This document shows positions 39,390 to 52,097 of a stretch of 64,000 nucleotides of DNA, piece after piece. The position numbers and the translations under genes were made by a program. Source of the DNA: Eledone cirrhosa (Eukaryota); assembly GCA_964016885.1 (NCBI GenBank), contig OZ024742.1, positions 231,756,001 to 231,820,000 on the forward strand, in the 5' to 3' direction. Within the stretch, counting starts at the first letter, position 1. Each line of letters opens with the position of its first letter. The notes under the pieces were generated by a model. That model searched no databases. It was not told the origin of the DNA and was given only the letters and a program-made list of their open reading frames with translations.

Positions 39390-39964
39390 CATGTACCTTT
39401 AATTCAATCCTCAGGCTGAATCGGCATGGTTTATGTGAAATGTGAATTACAGGTACAAGCCAAAGAATAAGAATACAGAATTGACCTGTGGGGTTAGGGT
39501 GCCAGAAATGCAGGGGAGATCTTGCCAGAAGCGGAGGGGCCAGTGACGTCACACCAGAAGTTCGCATGGTCTTTCATGCTCTCTTTGACGAGGAAGTTGT
39601 ACCGCTTACAAGTGCGTGTTAATGACTGCTACGAATGAGTGTGTGAGGGTTATTATATTCTTTGGCCAGACGTAAAACAGGTAAACATCCGCGCAGGGTG
39701 ATTCAGTCCTGACTCATGTGGAAACGCAAATGTAGGTCCCTTCTCTTCCTACGACATGGCCCTAATACTGGGTAGATAATTTATTTATGGATCTCAAAAA
39801 ATTTACACGCTGTGTTAACTACAGCAGGATTTTTACTCGGAGTTGAGAGGGCCGGAACAAATCAAGCAAGATATTCCATCCGATGCTCTAACGATTCTGC
39901 TAATTCGCTGTCTTAGTATCAAGTATTACATACATTATACCATAAACTTCGCCGATAAAGTATA

Positions 39965-40330
39965 GCCCTCTTCCTTGCCTTTGATTTAGCTCTTCCCTTA
40001 CATTTGCACCTGTCTCTCATTCACCTTCGCTCTCGTCCCTACTCTACCTGTGCTTCCGCCCGCCCCCTACATTTGCTTTTGCTCCTACTTTACCTTTGCT
40101 CTCGTCCACACGCCACCTTTGGTCCAACCCCTCTCCTAGCTTTGATTCCGCCCCTTCCCTACATATACTTTCACCCCTCCCCCACCTATGCTTCCGCCCC
40201 TCATCTACCAATGCTTCTGCCCCTCCCCAACCAATGCTCCTGCGCCTCCTCTACTCATGCTTTCACCTCTCCTCTACTTTTGCTTCCACCCCTCCTCTAC
40301 CTATACTTCTACCTCTCGTCCACGTATGTT
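39965..40330. repeat. Degenerate pyrimidine-rich tandem repeat
   Basis: Repeated ctacctxtgcttccxccc-like units of about 23 bp. Confidence 0.6.
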
Positions 40331-41168
40331 ACCACCCTCCAGAGGCGTATCTAGGGTATGGCAGGCATGAAAGGGGGCACTACCTGGACTAGGAGCACTT
40401 TCTATTAAAGTCAGATAAGCTATTGTCAGAGAGTGAAAAAATAAACTCCTTCAGATGTATGATCTGTCTTTGATTATCATGGGTGAGAACTCTATGGTGT
40501 CTGGATCATTAAACCATTTATATAAATTATTAGGCCCATAGGTAAAAATACAGTGCTGGGAACTACATGATCACAGAGGCATACCTCATAGTATGACTTG
40601 TCAAATATTTTAATAGGGTTTTAATATTTATCAAAGATCAGTATTACACAGATCACTCCCTTTAAATACACTAACACTTTTGTCAATACTTTACGTATAC
40701 TTAAGTATACTTGTAGAACAAATTAAAATGCAGTTTAATACCCTAAACCCTCATTTATTTAAACTGCAATTTCAATGTTTGCCATAGGCGCTATTTTCCC
40801 TCGTTACAACTCTGCCACCCCCTCACTTTTGCTTCCACTCCTCTCCCGCCTTTGTTTCTTCTTCTAATGTTCATCGGATCAAAGTTTGTCATTATAGCCA
40901 TTAGCCGACTTGAGAGCTGCTTTTTGCGCTTCTGACTTTCCCTGGCTGTGGCTTTCGTTGGGTTCTTGTAGTTCAGTTGAATAGGGCTTTTCTCTTTCCC
41001 CAACAGAGGCATGAGTGTAGATATGTTTTCTCTAACTCAGTCAATTTGGGATACAAATTTTGTTCCAAATATTTCGACAGCAAAATTATACATTGTTTCC
41101 TTTAGGCTATTCCAGTTTTCCCCAGATGTCACGTTATTTAACTACACTTCAATTTGTTTTCTGTAGAC

Positions 41169-41520
41169 CAGCGGTCGCCAACCTTTCCGACCTCACGGAC
41201 CACTAAATTCATAATTTTAAATCCCGCGGACCACTAATATGAATTTAAAAAAAAAAAAAATACATTTGTAAAATAATGATCAGAGAACTTCCATTTTATT
41301 AAACAATACTGAAGCGTACTTGTGTTTTATTGTCGGTAGATAATACATACGTGTAAAATTCTTTCATGGGTGTTAGTTCTTTACTGAGGAGAAGCATTTT
41401 TTTTAGGGGTTTTATAAAATGTATTTTAACCAAATATTATTTTTGTTTTATTATTACTAAAACATAAAAATTGCAAATAATGTCCAAATTTTTCTGCGGA
41501 CCACCAAAATTTTCTCTCGG
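41169..41520. mobile_element. hAT-type MITE, partial
   Basis: Begins cagcggtcgccaacct with repeated cggaccac subterminal motifs. Confidence 0.55.
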
Positions 41521-43714
41521 ATCATTTTACTGATATTGAACTCAGTTTTCGTGGTTCTTGTTCCTCTGAAACTTCTTTGTCGCTATTTTGGTCCAAGAAA
41601 TAAAAGGAGTGAGGTCTCTTACTTCTGTAAAGATTCATTATAACTATTTTGGTCCTAGCAGTAATACAGATTAAATTCGGGTCGCAGTCTCATAGATTTT
41701 ACAGTTTTGAGATGGCATCTGCGAATCAGCACAAAATTCACTAGAATGGTGTCAAGAAATCTTTGAAATGCTTTTACTTCTGTAGAATAAGTTTGTTACA
41801 TTGATAGAATTATGAGTGTATGACTCAGGGTTCTAGTACCCATTATCCGTTTTCGTTGATCTTACTAATAACACATTGCCCTAATCAGAGGGGCCAGTTC
41901 ATGTGATAAGATCCCACTCTAGTACTGAATTAATGCGAAATACAATTCTGTTCTTTAGCCATAGAATGTATCATCTTAGCATTCATTGTCTGCTTGAAGA
42001 GTGGGAGCAAATGTGCTAATGGTCTTTTTCTAGGCCCCATTTAGTATCTAATTTTAAAGAGAGGATGTATTTCTTCTGCTAAGGAGTTTATTGTTGACAG
42101 CAAAGCTTACTCTATGCAGGTGGTGCACTTTGAGTCTCCGTCACTGCTAGTAAAACTAATAATGCTTCCCTTTCAAAGACCCGGAGTCAGTCAGTCTTTT
42201 CTTCTGTATATAGTCTGTTGCATGTTAGTGTTGTTAAATCTGGTACACATTGTTCTCACATACCAGATCTAGGAAACTGGGAGAGTTGTTAGTATAGGAC
42301 AATACATTACAGTATTTATTCTCGCTCTTTGCGACCTGAGTTCCAATTCCACCGACATCAAATTAGCATGTCATTCTCTCGGGATCGATAAAATAAAGTA
42401 ACAACCCAGAGTATTGTTAGAGCGTCAAACGAGAAGCCTTGTGGCATCTGTTTCTGAACATTCTGAGTTCGAATTCTGCTATGGTCAACTTGAGTGAAAG
42501 ACTTAATCTGTCGCCAGATTTAACATAACCTTTTGGCCCTCCCCAATTCATCCTATTGCAAGTATCTAGTCAGGTCTCTGGTTTGAATATATCTTCCACC
42601 CACCCAGTAGTCTCAGAAGATCATGGGCTTTATGCTTACCTCCCCGACTAAACAGTAAAAATAAAAGACCTGACTGGGTGTTCAATTTACGTCTGTCTTC
42701 TGACCTTTGGTTTATCTCCTGACACTCTATGGAGGAAATAGACGTGATAGATTACAACGTTACTAACTGAATGCGGCCCACTTGAGGCGAGCAGTAGCTG
42801 ATCAGAGTCTCTTAACATTAATTTAAGAAGACATAACCCGTTACTTCCCCTCCCATCTCGGTTCCGTATTGTCCGCGTCTACTCCATTCGCCAGATGCTT
42901 CTGTTGCTATAATGTTGCTTTGGCCTGTGCAGAGTAATAAGAGAAATATGTTTTGTCCAATTGTCACGTAACCGTTCCCGGCCATACTGACTAGTCACAA
43001 AGGAATGAGAAGGTCAATACATTAGAAGATCAAGCACGGTTGAAGGAGATGCTAGAAAGTGGGTTCAGAAACTGACTCTTCCACCAACTACCCATTAATC
43101 TCTTCTTATCGGGTTTCTTTAAGGTTTTTACCTTTAGCCTTTGGCACTCCCATGCTAACCCACAAAGTGCAGCAATGGTTAAGCGGTTTTTCTTTGACGT
43201 CTCTGATTGACTAAACAGAGACGTCTAGGAAGAGAACTTTTAGGTATTTCATCCATCCCACATCTCTCTGACAGGCATTTGGTTGAACGTTGCTTATTTG
43301 ACAGGCGAAGTTAACCCCTATATTTAGGGTCCATCCCATTATCCCCCACATACGAACGAATTAGGTTCTGGTTGGTAGTCTCCCACCCCCACATTGATTT
43401 TTATCATAGGTTCTGTTCAATCAAAGTTAACGGAGGTATAGACAAAAACAATTTCTATATTTGTAACCTATAGGGTGGATCATCCGTCAGTCTCTAAACA
43501 TTTGAGAATTACACAGGTGTAGAAACCAAATTCTGTATCAGTGTGACCGAATATGTGACCTTTGAATTACAGGCACAATCCAGATAGAAAAAGGGAAAGA
43601 GGAATTAAACTCAAGACTGGGCTGGTCATTTATTTATCGGCCTCAAAAAGTTTAAGGGCCGTGTTAACTTCAGCGCGATTTGAACTCGGAGATGAGGCAA
43701 CTGGAATTAACAGG

Positions 43715-44032
43715 CAGTGATTCCCAACGTAGGGCGCACACCCCACCGGGGCGGAGAGAATTTGAATATTTAAGGGTGCCATTTGAAAATGATGTTAATG
43801 GGAACAAACCTCAGGTTTTACTTTATTACTTTTACACCAAGGCAACTTTGGTGAACATTACTGTCAGAAACTCCTGTCTCACCTCCTCCATATACTATTG
43901 CGCATTTTGTACCACTTATACACCAATTTGTTTACACTTTGCAGTTGATCATTGCTGTTTTTATCTGAAAGGGGGACATAACAGGTTTTTAGATGTTGAG
44001 GTGGGGCATGGTGCACAAAAGGTTGGGAACCG
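43715..44032. mobile_element. hAT-type MITE
   Basis: cagtgattcccaac ... aggttgggaacc ends. Confidence 0.6.
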
Positions 44033-44624
44033 ACCAATCCGACGCCTTCGTTACAATATATTAAGTAACCCATACATTACTTTGCAGATAAATCACTTCA
44101 CTCCTCCTCTTCTGGCGGCTGTTGTCAAAAAAAATAGGTTACAACTTATCACTAAGTATCGCTATAATACTGATAGTGACCTATTTATTCTACCTGAATA
44201 AAAACATTCGAGTAAACGTTTTTATCGTATTCTATTTAGCGAAGTGTCTCGACGTTGATGTAAGTATAAAATTGAACTGCATATCTGCAAACACACACAC
44301 ACACACACAGTACACACACACGCACACACATATACACACATACACGCACACACACACACGTTGTTGTTGTTTAGTCCTGATCGAGTTGATTTTTTTTCAA
44401 AGGTAGTCAAAGTATTCAAAGTACGACCATCCCGTTTATTTTTGTTTCATTCTCAATTCCACCTTTCATCATTCCAGGGTTGGTAAAATAAAGTACCAGT
44501 CAAGTACGCTTCCCACCAAATTCCTGGCCTTGTACCTAAATTAGATACCATTATATTCGAAACCCCTAAAAAAAAACCCTGCGATTTGTGGATAATTCCA
44601 CCGGTATTTACATACATACACAAA

Positions 44625-44670
<46 letters not shown>

Positions 44671-44761
44671 CACTCTTCTTTCCTTTACTTTTTCTACGGA
44701 AATACTTAGCACACACACACACACACATATATATATATCTAGGGAGTGTAACTTATCCTTT

Positions 44762-44792
<31 letters not shown>

Positions 44793-44795
<3 letters not shown>

Positions 44796-45381
44796 TCATC
44801 ATCATCATCATCATCACTGTTTTACGTCCGTTCTTCCACGCTAGCATGGGTTAGACGGGTTGTCCTGTTGTGGGCAGTGTCTGGTCGGCTGACCATGCCT
44901 TGCTCATACAGGAACTGATCTGGCTTGATTTCTACAGCTGGATGCCCTTCCTAACACCAACCTCATTTACAGTGAGTGCTGGGTGCTTTTTCGTGGCGCC
45001 TACACGTCCACTTTACAGTGTGGGCTGGGTGCTTTTTTGCCGTGGCACCTCCACGACCACCTTGCGGTGGGGGGGGGGGGGCATATTGTATATATGCTTC
45101 AACATGTACCCATGGGAGGTCGGGTACCCTGTATTACTGCGTGACGCCAGAAGTCACGGTCGTGTGTCATTGTCTTTGAGAGGTGTAATTGGGTAAGGTC
45201 GGCTTTTATCACCTCATCCCAAGTCATCTTGGGTCTCCCCACTCCGCGGTTTCCATCAACTTGTAGTGCTCTGCACCTTTTTATGCAGCTGTCATCCTTC
45301 ATACGCATCACATGTCCATACCAGCGTAACCGCCTCTCCTGCACGCAGCATTTGATTCCTCTTATGCTCAGTCTCTCTCTC
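44793..45381 (-). mobile_element. RTE 3' fragment
   Basis: Minus ORF RERLSIRGIKCCVQERRLRWYGHVMRMKDD...GRPKMTW. (CAT)n tail next to (TA)n. Confidence 0.88.
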
Positions 45382-45428
45382 AATGAAATAACAGGAGGCT
45401 GGACTGGTGTAAATCCTTAAGAAATAAT

Positions 45429-45615
45429 TGTTTCTACTTTAGGCACAAGGCCAGCAATTAACCAGTGCATTACTGGTACTTTATTTTTATCGACCCCGTA
45501 AGGACGAAAGGCAAAGTCAACCTCGACGGGATTTGAACTCAGATTGTAAAGGGACGTAACTATGCTGGAAAGCATGGCGTCCGACCCTCTACCGATACTG
45601 CCAATCCACCGCCCC
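45429..45615 (-). mobile_element. SINE family 1
   Basis: Full copy with 18-bp TSD aaatccttaagaaataat. Confidence 0.9.
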
Positions 45616-45660
45616 AAATCCTTAAGAAATAATGCTCCTGCTCCTATATATATATAGGAC

Positions 45661-46972
45661 ACGCGTGTCTCACAAAAGAAATGTAAAAATAATTATGCTT
45701 ATATACACACGCGCACTTACACTTCCATATGTTCGATACGTACATACACACACACACACACACATACACTACTTATACTCGCGCATATAAACCTGTTTGC
45801 ATGCCCGCGTATGAAACTGAGTAAGCTAGTTTTAATCTTAAAATTACTATTGATACTAACCTTTCCAACGTAGATTTCCTAGATATAAACTTAGAAAAGA
45901 AAAATAATCTGGTTCACACCCCCCTACTCTCTAGCAGTTAAAACTAATGTAGGCAAAAAATTCCTAGAACTCTAGATAAACATTTCCCTAGAACACATAG
46001 ATACTATAAGATCTTTAACAGAAACTGTGTTAAAATTAGCTATTCCTGCGGTCCCCCTATTAAGTCCTATATCCTCAACAAAACATCACCTAGAGAAAAT
46101 CAAACTTGCTCCTGTAGAATCAAAAGTGAATGCCCATTACAAGGTAAATGCAACACCAAAGCCATTGTATATGCGGCTAATGTGACAACCATCAGCAACA
46201 ACCATCCAGTCACCAGTGAACGATATGTGGGTATGACGCAAGACAGATTCAAAACGCGTTATTACTCACATGTCGCATCCTTTCGACATCCAGAAAAAAG
46301 ATTTACAACAGCTCTGGCTAGCAGAATCTGGGATTTGAAAGACCAAGGCATCCAATATAAACTAGATTGGTCAATTTTGAACCAATCTAAAAAATATGCT
46401 AGAGGAACAAGAAAATGCACGCTCTGCATAAATGAAAAATTTTGGATATTGCAAAATCTCAAATCACCAAAGACCTGCCTGAACACAAAGACGGAAATTT
46501 TTACCAGTTGCCCACACATGAAATCACACCTACTTTCCAGCTCATATAAACTTAACACACTTTCAGATACTTATCCTCCATAAACTCTTATTATTCTCTT
46601 TTTAATTACCCTTTCTGACTTACTTTCATTCTTATCCTTGTCAATAATTTCATTTATTTTCACTTTTATTTATTTTTACTTCACCCCCCCCCCCCTTTAT
46701 TCTCCGATCCACTTCCTATTTTCTATTTTTTACTTCCCCTTCTTTTACTTCCCTTTTTCCTCCACTAACTGATTATACTTGTCTTTTGTGTTTTTCAATC
46801 CAGATATATTTTTCATTTTTATTATTATTTTATTTTTGCGCAGCCTATCCTACAATTTTATATTTGTATTTATTTATCCACATTTCAATATGGCTGAACG
46901 CCTTAATGTGTGTATACTTTTTTTTATATATGTACATGAGTGACTACGTATGTGCGCGCGCGTGCGTGTATG

Positions 46973-47028
<56 letters not shown>

Positions 47029-47969
47029 TGTATGTATGTGTGTGTGTACAGGTGTTTGTGTGTGTGTGTGTATATTATGCGTATGTGTACGTGTCTTTAT
47101 ATCCGTGTTTTTGACATTTCGGTTTTATGTTTTTGTTCCTTTTTTCTCCCCCCCCCCCCTCCCTCTTTTGTTACTTACTCAGTTTCATACGCGGGCATGC
47201 AAACAGGTTTATATGCGCGAGTATAAGTAGTGTATGTGTGTGTGTGTGTGTGTATGTACGTATCGAACGTATGGAAGTGCGCGTATGTATATAAGCATAA
47301 TTACATTTCTTTTGTGAGACACGCGTGTCTGTGTATGTATGTACAGCCCCGTTTTTTGTTTTCTTTAATTTTTTCTTTCTATCTTGTCTTTCTAATTTAT
47401 CGTTACTATATTTTTATAAATATATCGTAATAGATACTTTTCTTTTATTTATTATACTCTCTTTACCTCCTTTCTTTCCGCATCTAAGTGTACGAGTGTC
47501 CAGGCGTTTTTATGCGCGCGACTTTATATTCTTATATTTACGATGTAACCATTTCCGTCTGTATAATACAGACATATAGATACATTTGCCCTAAATTTTT
47601 ATAATTACGCACACTTTCTAATTATATATTTATATGTGCACATATACATATATGCACATCTGTGAGCGTATATACATACACATACACACACCTAACTATT
47701 TTTCTTGATAGATTTTTATATATTTCAATTTCTATTTCATTTATCTATATATTTTTTTGATTTTCTTGATGTGTTTTTCTAAGTGTTTGCCCATGTTTTA
47801 TATTGCCTCGTCTGACGAACGAATGAAGTCGTTTATTTCGTATTCGCCTCATTCGGGAAACCTCTGGTAATGAGGTAATTATATTGTATTGATTTTATAC
47901 ATTAAATTTTGCTCTGATACTTACATAGAGCACTCTTCATTTCTATGACCTTTTCTGTTTCCAACTGAA

Positions 47970-47972
<3 letters not shown>
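45661..47972 (+). mobile_element. Penelope-like element, 5'-truncated, with C-terminal GIY-YIG endonuclease
   Basis: RT remnant VDFLDINL, then IIWFTPPYS...DKHFP...KIFNRNCVKISYSC, CSCRIKSECPLQGKC, IVY...YVGMT...FKTRYYSH and CTLCINEK. Long 3' region with a hammerhead motif. Inverted segment at the 5' junction. Confidence 0.88.
47803..47878 (+). ncRNA. Type I hammerhead ribozyme (HHR-1)
   Basis: Stem I ttgcctcgt/atgaggtaa; CTGACGA; stem II cgaatga/tcattcg; GAAA; stem III acc-tct-ggt; GUA cleavage triplet ending at 47869. Confidence 0.85.

Positions 47973-48049
<77 letters not shown>
47972..48049. repeat. (TA)n microsatellite (second tract at about 48230-48290)
   Basis: Pure TA runs flanking the HHR-2 cassette. 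Confidence 0.95.
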
Positions 48050-48054
<5 letters not shown>

Positions 48055-48090
48055 TATAAGTATTAATAAAATAGATGTTCTTTTGATCAA

Positions 48091-48150
48091 TTACATTTTA
48101 TTATACATATTTCGAATTACAACAGTACGTCCTCATCAGACAAAATATAA
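48091..48150 (-). ncRNA. Minimal type I hammerhead ribozyme (HHR-2)
   Basis: Minus strand reads ttatattttgt CTGATGA ggacgtactgttgtaattc GAAA tatgta TA ataaaatgtaa: 11-bp stem I and near-palindromic stem III. Confidence 0.8.
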
Positions 48151-48224
48151 TGATACATGATATACCCTGAGATGTTAAGATTTAATCAAGGTAGATTTGA
48201 CATAATCATTGAATATTGTTTAAC

Positions 48225-48295
<71 letters not shown>

Positions 48296-48344
48296 CATAT
48301 ATATACTAATAATAATAAAAAGGACGATTTGTTATGTCTTCACT

Positions 48345-48446
48345 ACGTTTATTGAGTAGTGACGCACGTTTCGCGATTGATCAGCTTAAGGTTCGATCTG
48401 TATCGATCTGGCCCGACTCTGTAATCAAAAGCTCGATGGACTTCTG
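48345..48446 (-). ncRNA. Degenerate hammerhead motif (HHR-3)
   Basis: Minus strand reads agaagt ccatcga gcttttgat...atcaatcgc GAAA cgtgcg TC actact. The 3' core and stems are retained; the CUGANGA box has three substitutions. Confidence 0.5.
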
Positions 48447-48620
48447 TTATAGTAATATATATATACATACATATGGGAAAGTGTCAGATAGAATGCTTTA
48501 ATCATTTCGTGGTTGATAAAGGATGTACCAGTATACAACTTGGGCCGAGTCTTTCCCCCTCTCTCTGTTTGTCTCTCTCTCTTTCGAAGAAATTCGTTTC
48601 GCAAAATTTAAATTTTCAAG

Positions 48621-51536
48621 ACACACTTCATGTCACGACAACTCTCCATCAGGTGTTATGACCCACTTCATGTCACGACAACTCTCCATCAGGTGTGATG
48701 ACCCACTTCATGTCACGACAACTCTCCATCAGGTGTTATGACACACTTCATGTCACGACAACTCTCCATCAGGTGTTATGTCCCACTTCATGTCACGACA
48801 ACTCTCCATCAGGTGTTATGACCCACTTCATGTCACGACAACTCTCCATCAGGTGTTATGACCCACTTCATGTCACGACAACTCTCCATCAGGTCTTATG
48901 ACCCACTTCATGTCACGACAACTCTCCATCAGGTCTTATGACCCACTTCATGTCACGACAACTCTCCATCAGGTGTTATGACCCACTTCATGTCACGACA
49001 ACTCTCCATCAGGTGTTATGACCCACTTCATGTCACGACAACTCTCCATCAGGTCTTATGACCCATTTCATGTCACGACAACTCTCCATCAGGTCTTATG
49101 ACCCACTTCATGTCACGACAACTCTCCATCAGGTGTGATGACCCACTTCATGTCACGACAACTCTCCATCAGGTGTTATGACACACTTCATGTCACGACA
49201 ACTCTCCATCAGGTGTTATGACCCACTTCATGTCACGACAACTCTCCATCAGGTGTTATGACCCACTTCATGTCACGACAACTCTCCATCAGGTCTTATG
49301 ACCCACTTCATGTCACGACAACTCTCCATCAGGTGTTATGACCCACTTCATGTCACGACAACTCTCCATCAGGTGTTATGACCCACTTCATGTCACGACA
49401 ACTCTCCATCAGGTGTTATGACCCACTTCATGTCACGACAACTCTCCATTAGGTGTTATGACCCACTTCATGTCACGACAACTCTCCATCAGGTGTTATG
49501 ACCCACTTCATGTCACGACAACTCTCCATCAGGTGTTATGACACGCTTCATGTCACGACAACTCTCCATCAGGTGTTATGACCCACTTCATGTCACGACA
49601 ACTCTCCATCAGGTGTTATGACCCACTTCATGTCACGACAACTCTCCATCAGGTGTTATGACCCACTTCATGTCACGACAACTCTCCATCAGGTGTTATG
49701 ACCCACTTCATGTCACGACAACTCTCCATCAGGTGTTATGACCCACTTCATGCCACGACAACTCTCCATCAGGTGTTATGACACACTTCATGTCACGACA
49801 ACTCTCCATCAGGTGTTATGACCCACTTCATGTCACGACAACTCTCCATCAGGTCTTATGACCCACTTCATGTCACGACAACTCTCCATCAGGTGTTATG
49901 ACCAACTTCATGTCACGACAACTCTCCATTAGGTGTTATGACCCACTTCATGTCACGACAACTCTCCATCAGGTATTATGACCCACTTCATGTCACGACA
50001 ACTCTCCATCAGGTGTTATGACACACTTCATGTCACGACAACTCTCCATCAGGTGTGATGACCCACTTCATGTCACGACAACTCTCCATCAGGTGTTATG
50101 ACCCACTTCATGTCACGACAACTCTCCATCAGGTCTTATGACCCACTTCATGTCACGACAACTCTCCATCTGGTGATATGACCCGCTTCATGTCACGACA
50201 ACTCTCCATCAGGTGTTATGACCCACTTCATGTCACGACAACTCTCCATCAGGTCTTATGACCCACTTCATGTCACGACAACTCTCCATCTGGTGATATG
50301 ACCCACTTCATGTCACGACAACTCTCCATCAGGTGTTATGACCCACTTCATGTCACGACAACTCTCCATCAGGTCTTATGACCCACTTCATGTCACGACA
50401 ACTCTCCATCAGGTCTTATGACCCACTTCATGTCACGACAACTCTCCATCAGGTGTTATGACCCACTTCATGTCACGACAACTCTCCAGGTGTTATGACA
50501 CACTTCATGTCACGACAACTCTCCATCAGGTGTTATGACCCACTTCATGTCACGACAACTCTCCATCAGGTGTTATGACCCACTTCATGTCAACTCTCCA
50601 TCAGGTGTTATGACCCACTTCATGTCACGACAACTCTCCATCAGGTCTTATGACCCACTTCATGTCACGACAACTCTCCATCAGGTGTTATGACCCACTT
50701 CATGTCACGACAACTCTCCATTAGGTGTTATGACCCACTTCATGTCACGACAACTCTCCATCAGGTGTTATGACCCACTTCATGTCACGACAACTCTCCA
50801 TCAGGTCTTATGACCCACTTCATGTCACGACAACTCTCCATCAGGTCTTATGACCCACTTCATGTCACGACAACTCTCTATCTGGTGATATGGCCCACTT
50901 CATGTCACGACAACTCTCCATCAGGTGTTATGACCCACTTCATGTCACGACAACTCTCCATTAGGTGTTATGACCCACTTCATGTCACGACAACTCTCCA
51001 TCAGGTGTTATGACCCACTTCATGTCACGACAACTCTCCATCAGGTCTTATGACCCACTTCATGTCACGACAACTCTCCATCAGGTCTTATGACCCACTT
51101 CATGTCACGACAACTCTCTATCTGGTGATATGGCCCACTTCATGTCACGACAACTCTCCATCAGGTGTTATGACCCACTTCATGTCACGACAACTCTCCA
51201 TCAGGTCTTATGACCCACTTCATGTCACGACAACTCTCCATCAGGTGTTATGACCCACTTCATGTCACGACAACTCTCCATTAGGTGTTATGACCCACTT
51301 CATGTCACGACAACTCTCCATCAGGTGTTATGACCCACTTCATGTCACGACAACTCTCCATCAGGTCTTATGACCCACTTCATGTCACGACAACTCTCCA
51401 TCAGGTCTTATGACCCACTTCATGTCACGACAACTCTCTATCTGGTGATATGGCCCACTTCATGTCACGACAACTCTCCATCAGGTGTTATGACCTACTT
51501 CATGTCACGACAACTCTCCATCAGGTGTTATGACAC
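48621..51536. repeat. 40-bp tandem satellite, about 73 units
   Basis: Unit acccacttcatgtcacgacaactctccatcaggtgttatg, head-to-tail without spacers. Confidence 0.98.
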
Positions 51537-51539
51537 TGT

Positions 51540-51790
51540 CATTGTCTCTATCTATCCCTCCCGCCCTCCCCATCTCTCTGTATTATGAGCAAATGGGGTC
51601 CCACGTGCTGGTCGCCCCACAGCCCCGGCGGACAGAATGGAGAAGGCGTTTCCCGGGAGGATGGAAAGGGAGATGCGCTGGAAGAGCCATTCCATCTCGC
51701 GAGGTTCACACCTGCGGCTAGCTAGCTCAGCGCCTATGGTGGTAAGTAGGGAGGTAGCCCTAGGGCCAGCCAGCCATTCTTCCAACTATC
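51540..51790 (-). mobile_element. CRE-like (restriction-like endonuclease) non-LTR retrotransposon, C-terminal fragment
   Basis: Minus frame AGPRATSLLTTIGAEL...WLFQRISLSILPGNAFSIL resembles the FQRLSxAIQRGNA C-terminus of CRE-clade elements. Confidence 0.7.
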
Positions 51791-52097
51791 ATCAGACCAT
51801 AATGATTATATACATATATGTGTGTGTGTTGTTTCTATAAACAAGACGTATTCAATACATAGAATAGTGGTCATCTGTCCCTCGGCCTTTAACTTTCGTT
51901 AGAATGGAAGGGGTGCCGTCGTGATGTATCTACTTCGAAGGGTTTTGAACTCGGAGAGCAGAGAGCCGGAACCTATACCACAAATCATGCTATCTAACGC
52001 TCTAACGACTCTGCCAGTTCACTACCTATATAGTTTAGAGCAAGGTTGTTTTTTTTTCAATAGCGGGCCCCATTCCATTACTGGGTCGTAATTAAAT

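Noticed and set aside
46786-47579. Hydrophobic Y/I/C/V-rich ORFs (also at about 44100-44900 and 56200-57100)
   Set aside because: Products of (TA)n, (TG)n and (CATA)n microsatellites.
48621-51536. CRISPR-like regular array
   Set aside because: Units are contiguous with no unique spacers, there are no cas genes, and the context is eukaryotic.
48621-51536. Hammerhead in the 40-bp unit (minus strand CTGATGG...GAAG)
   Set aside because: Both core boxes deviate from CUGANGA/GAAA and no consistent stems form.
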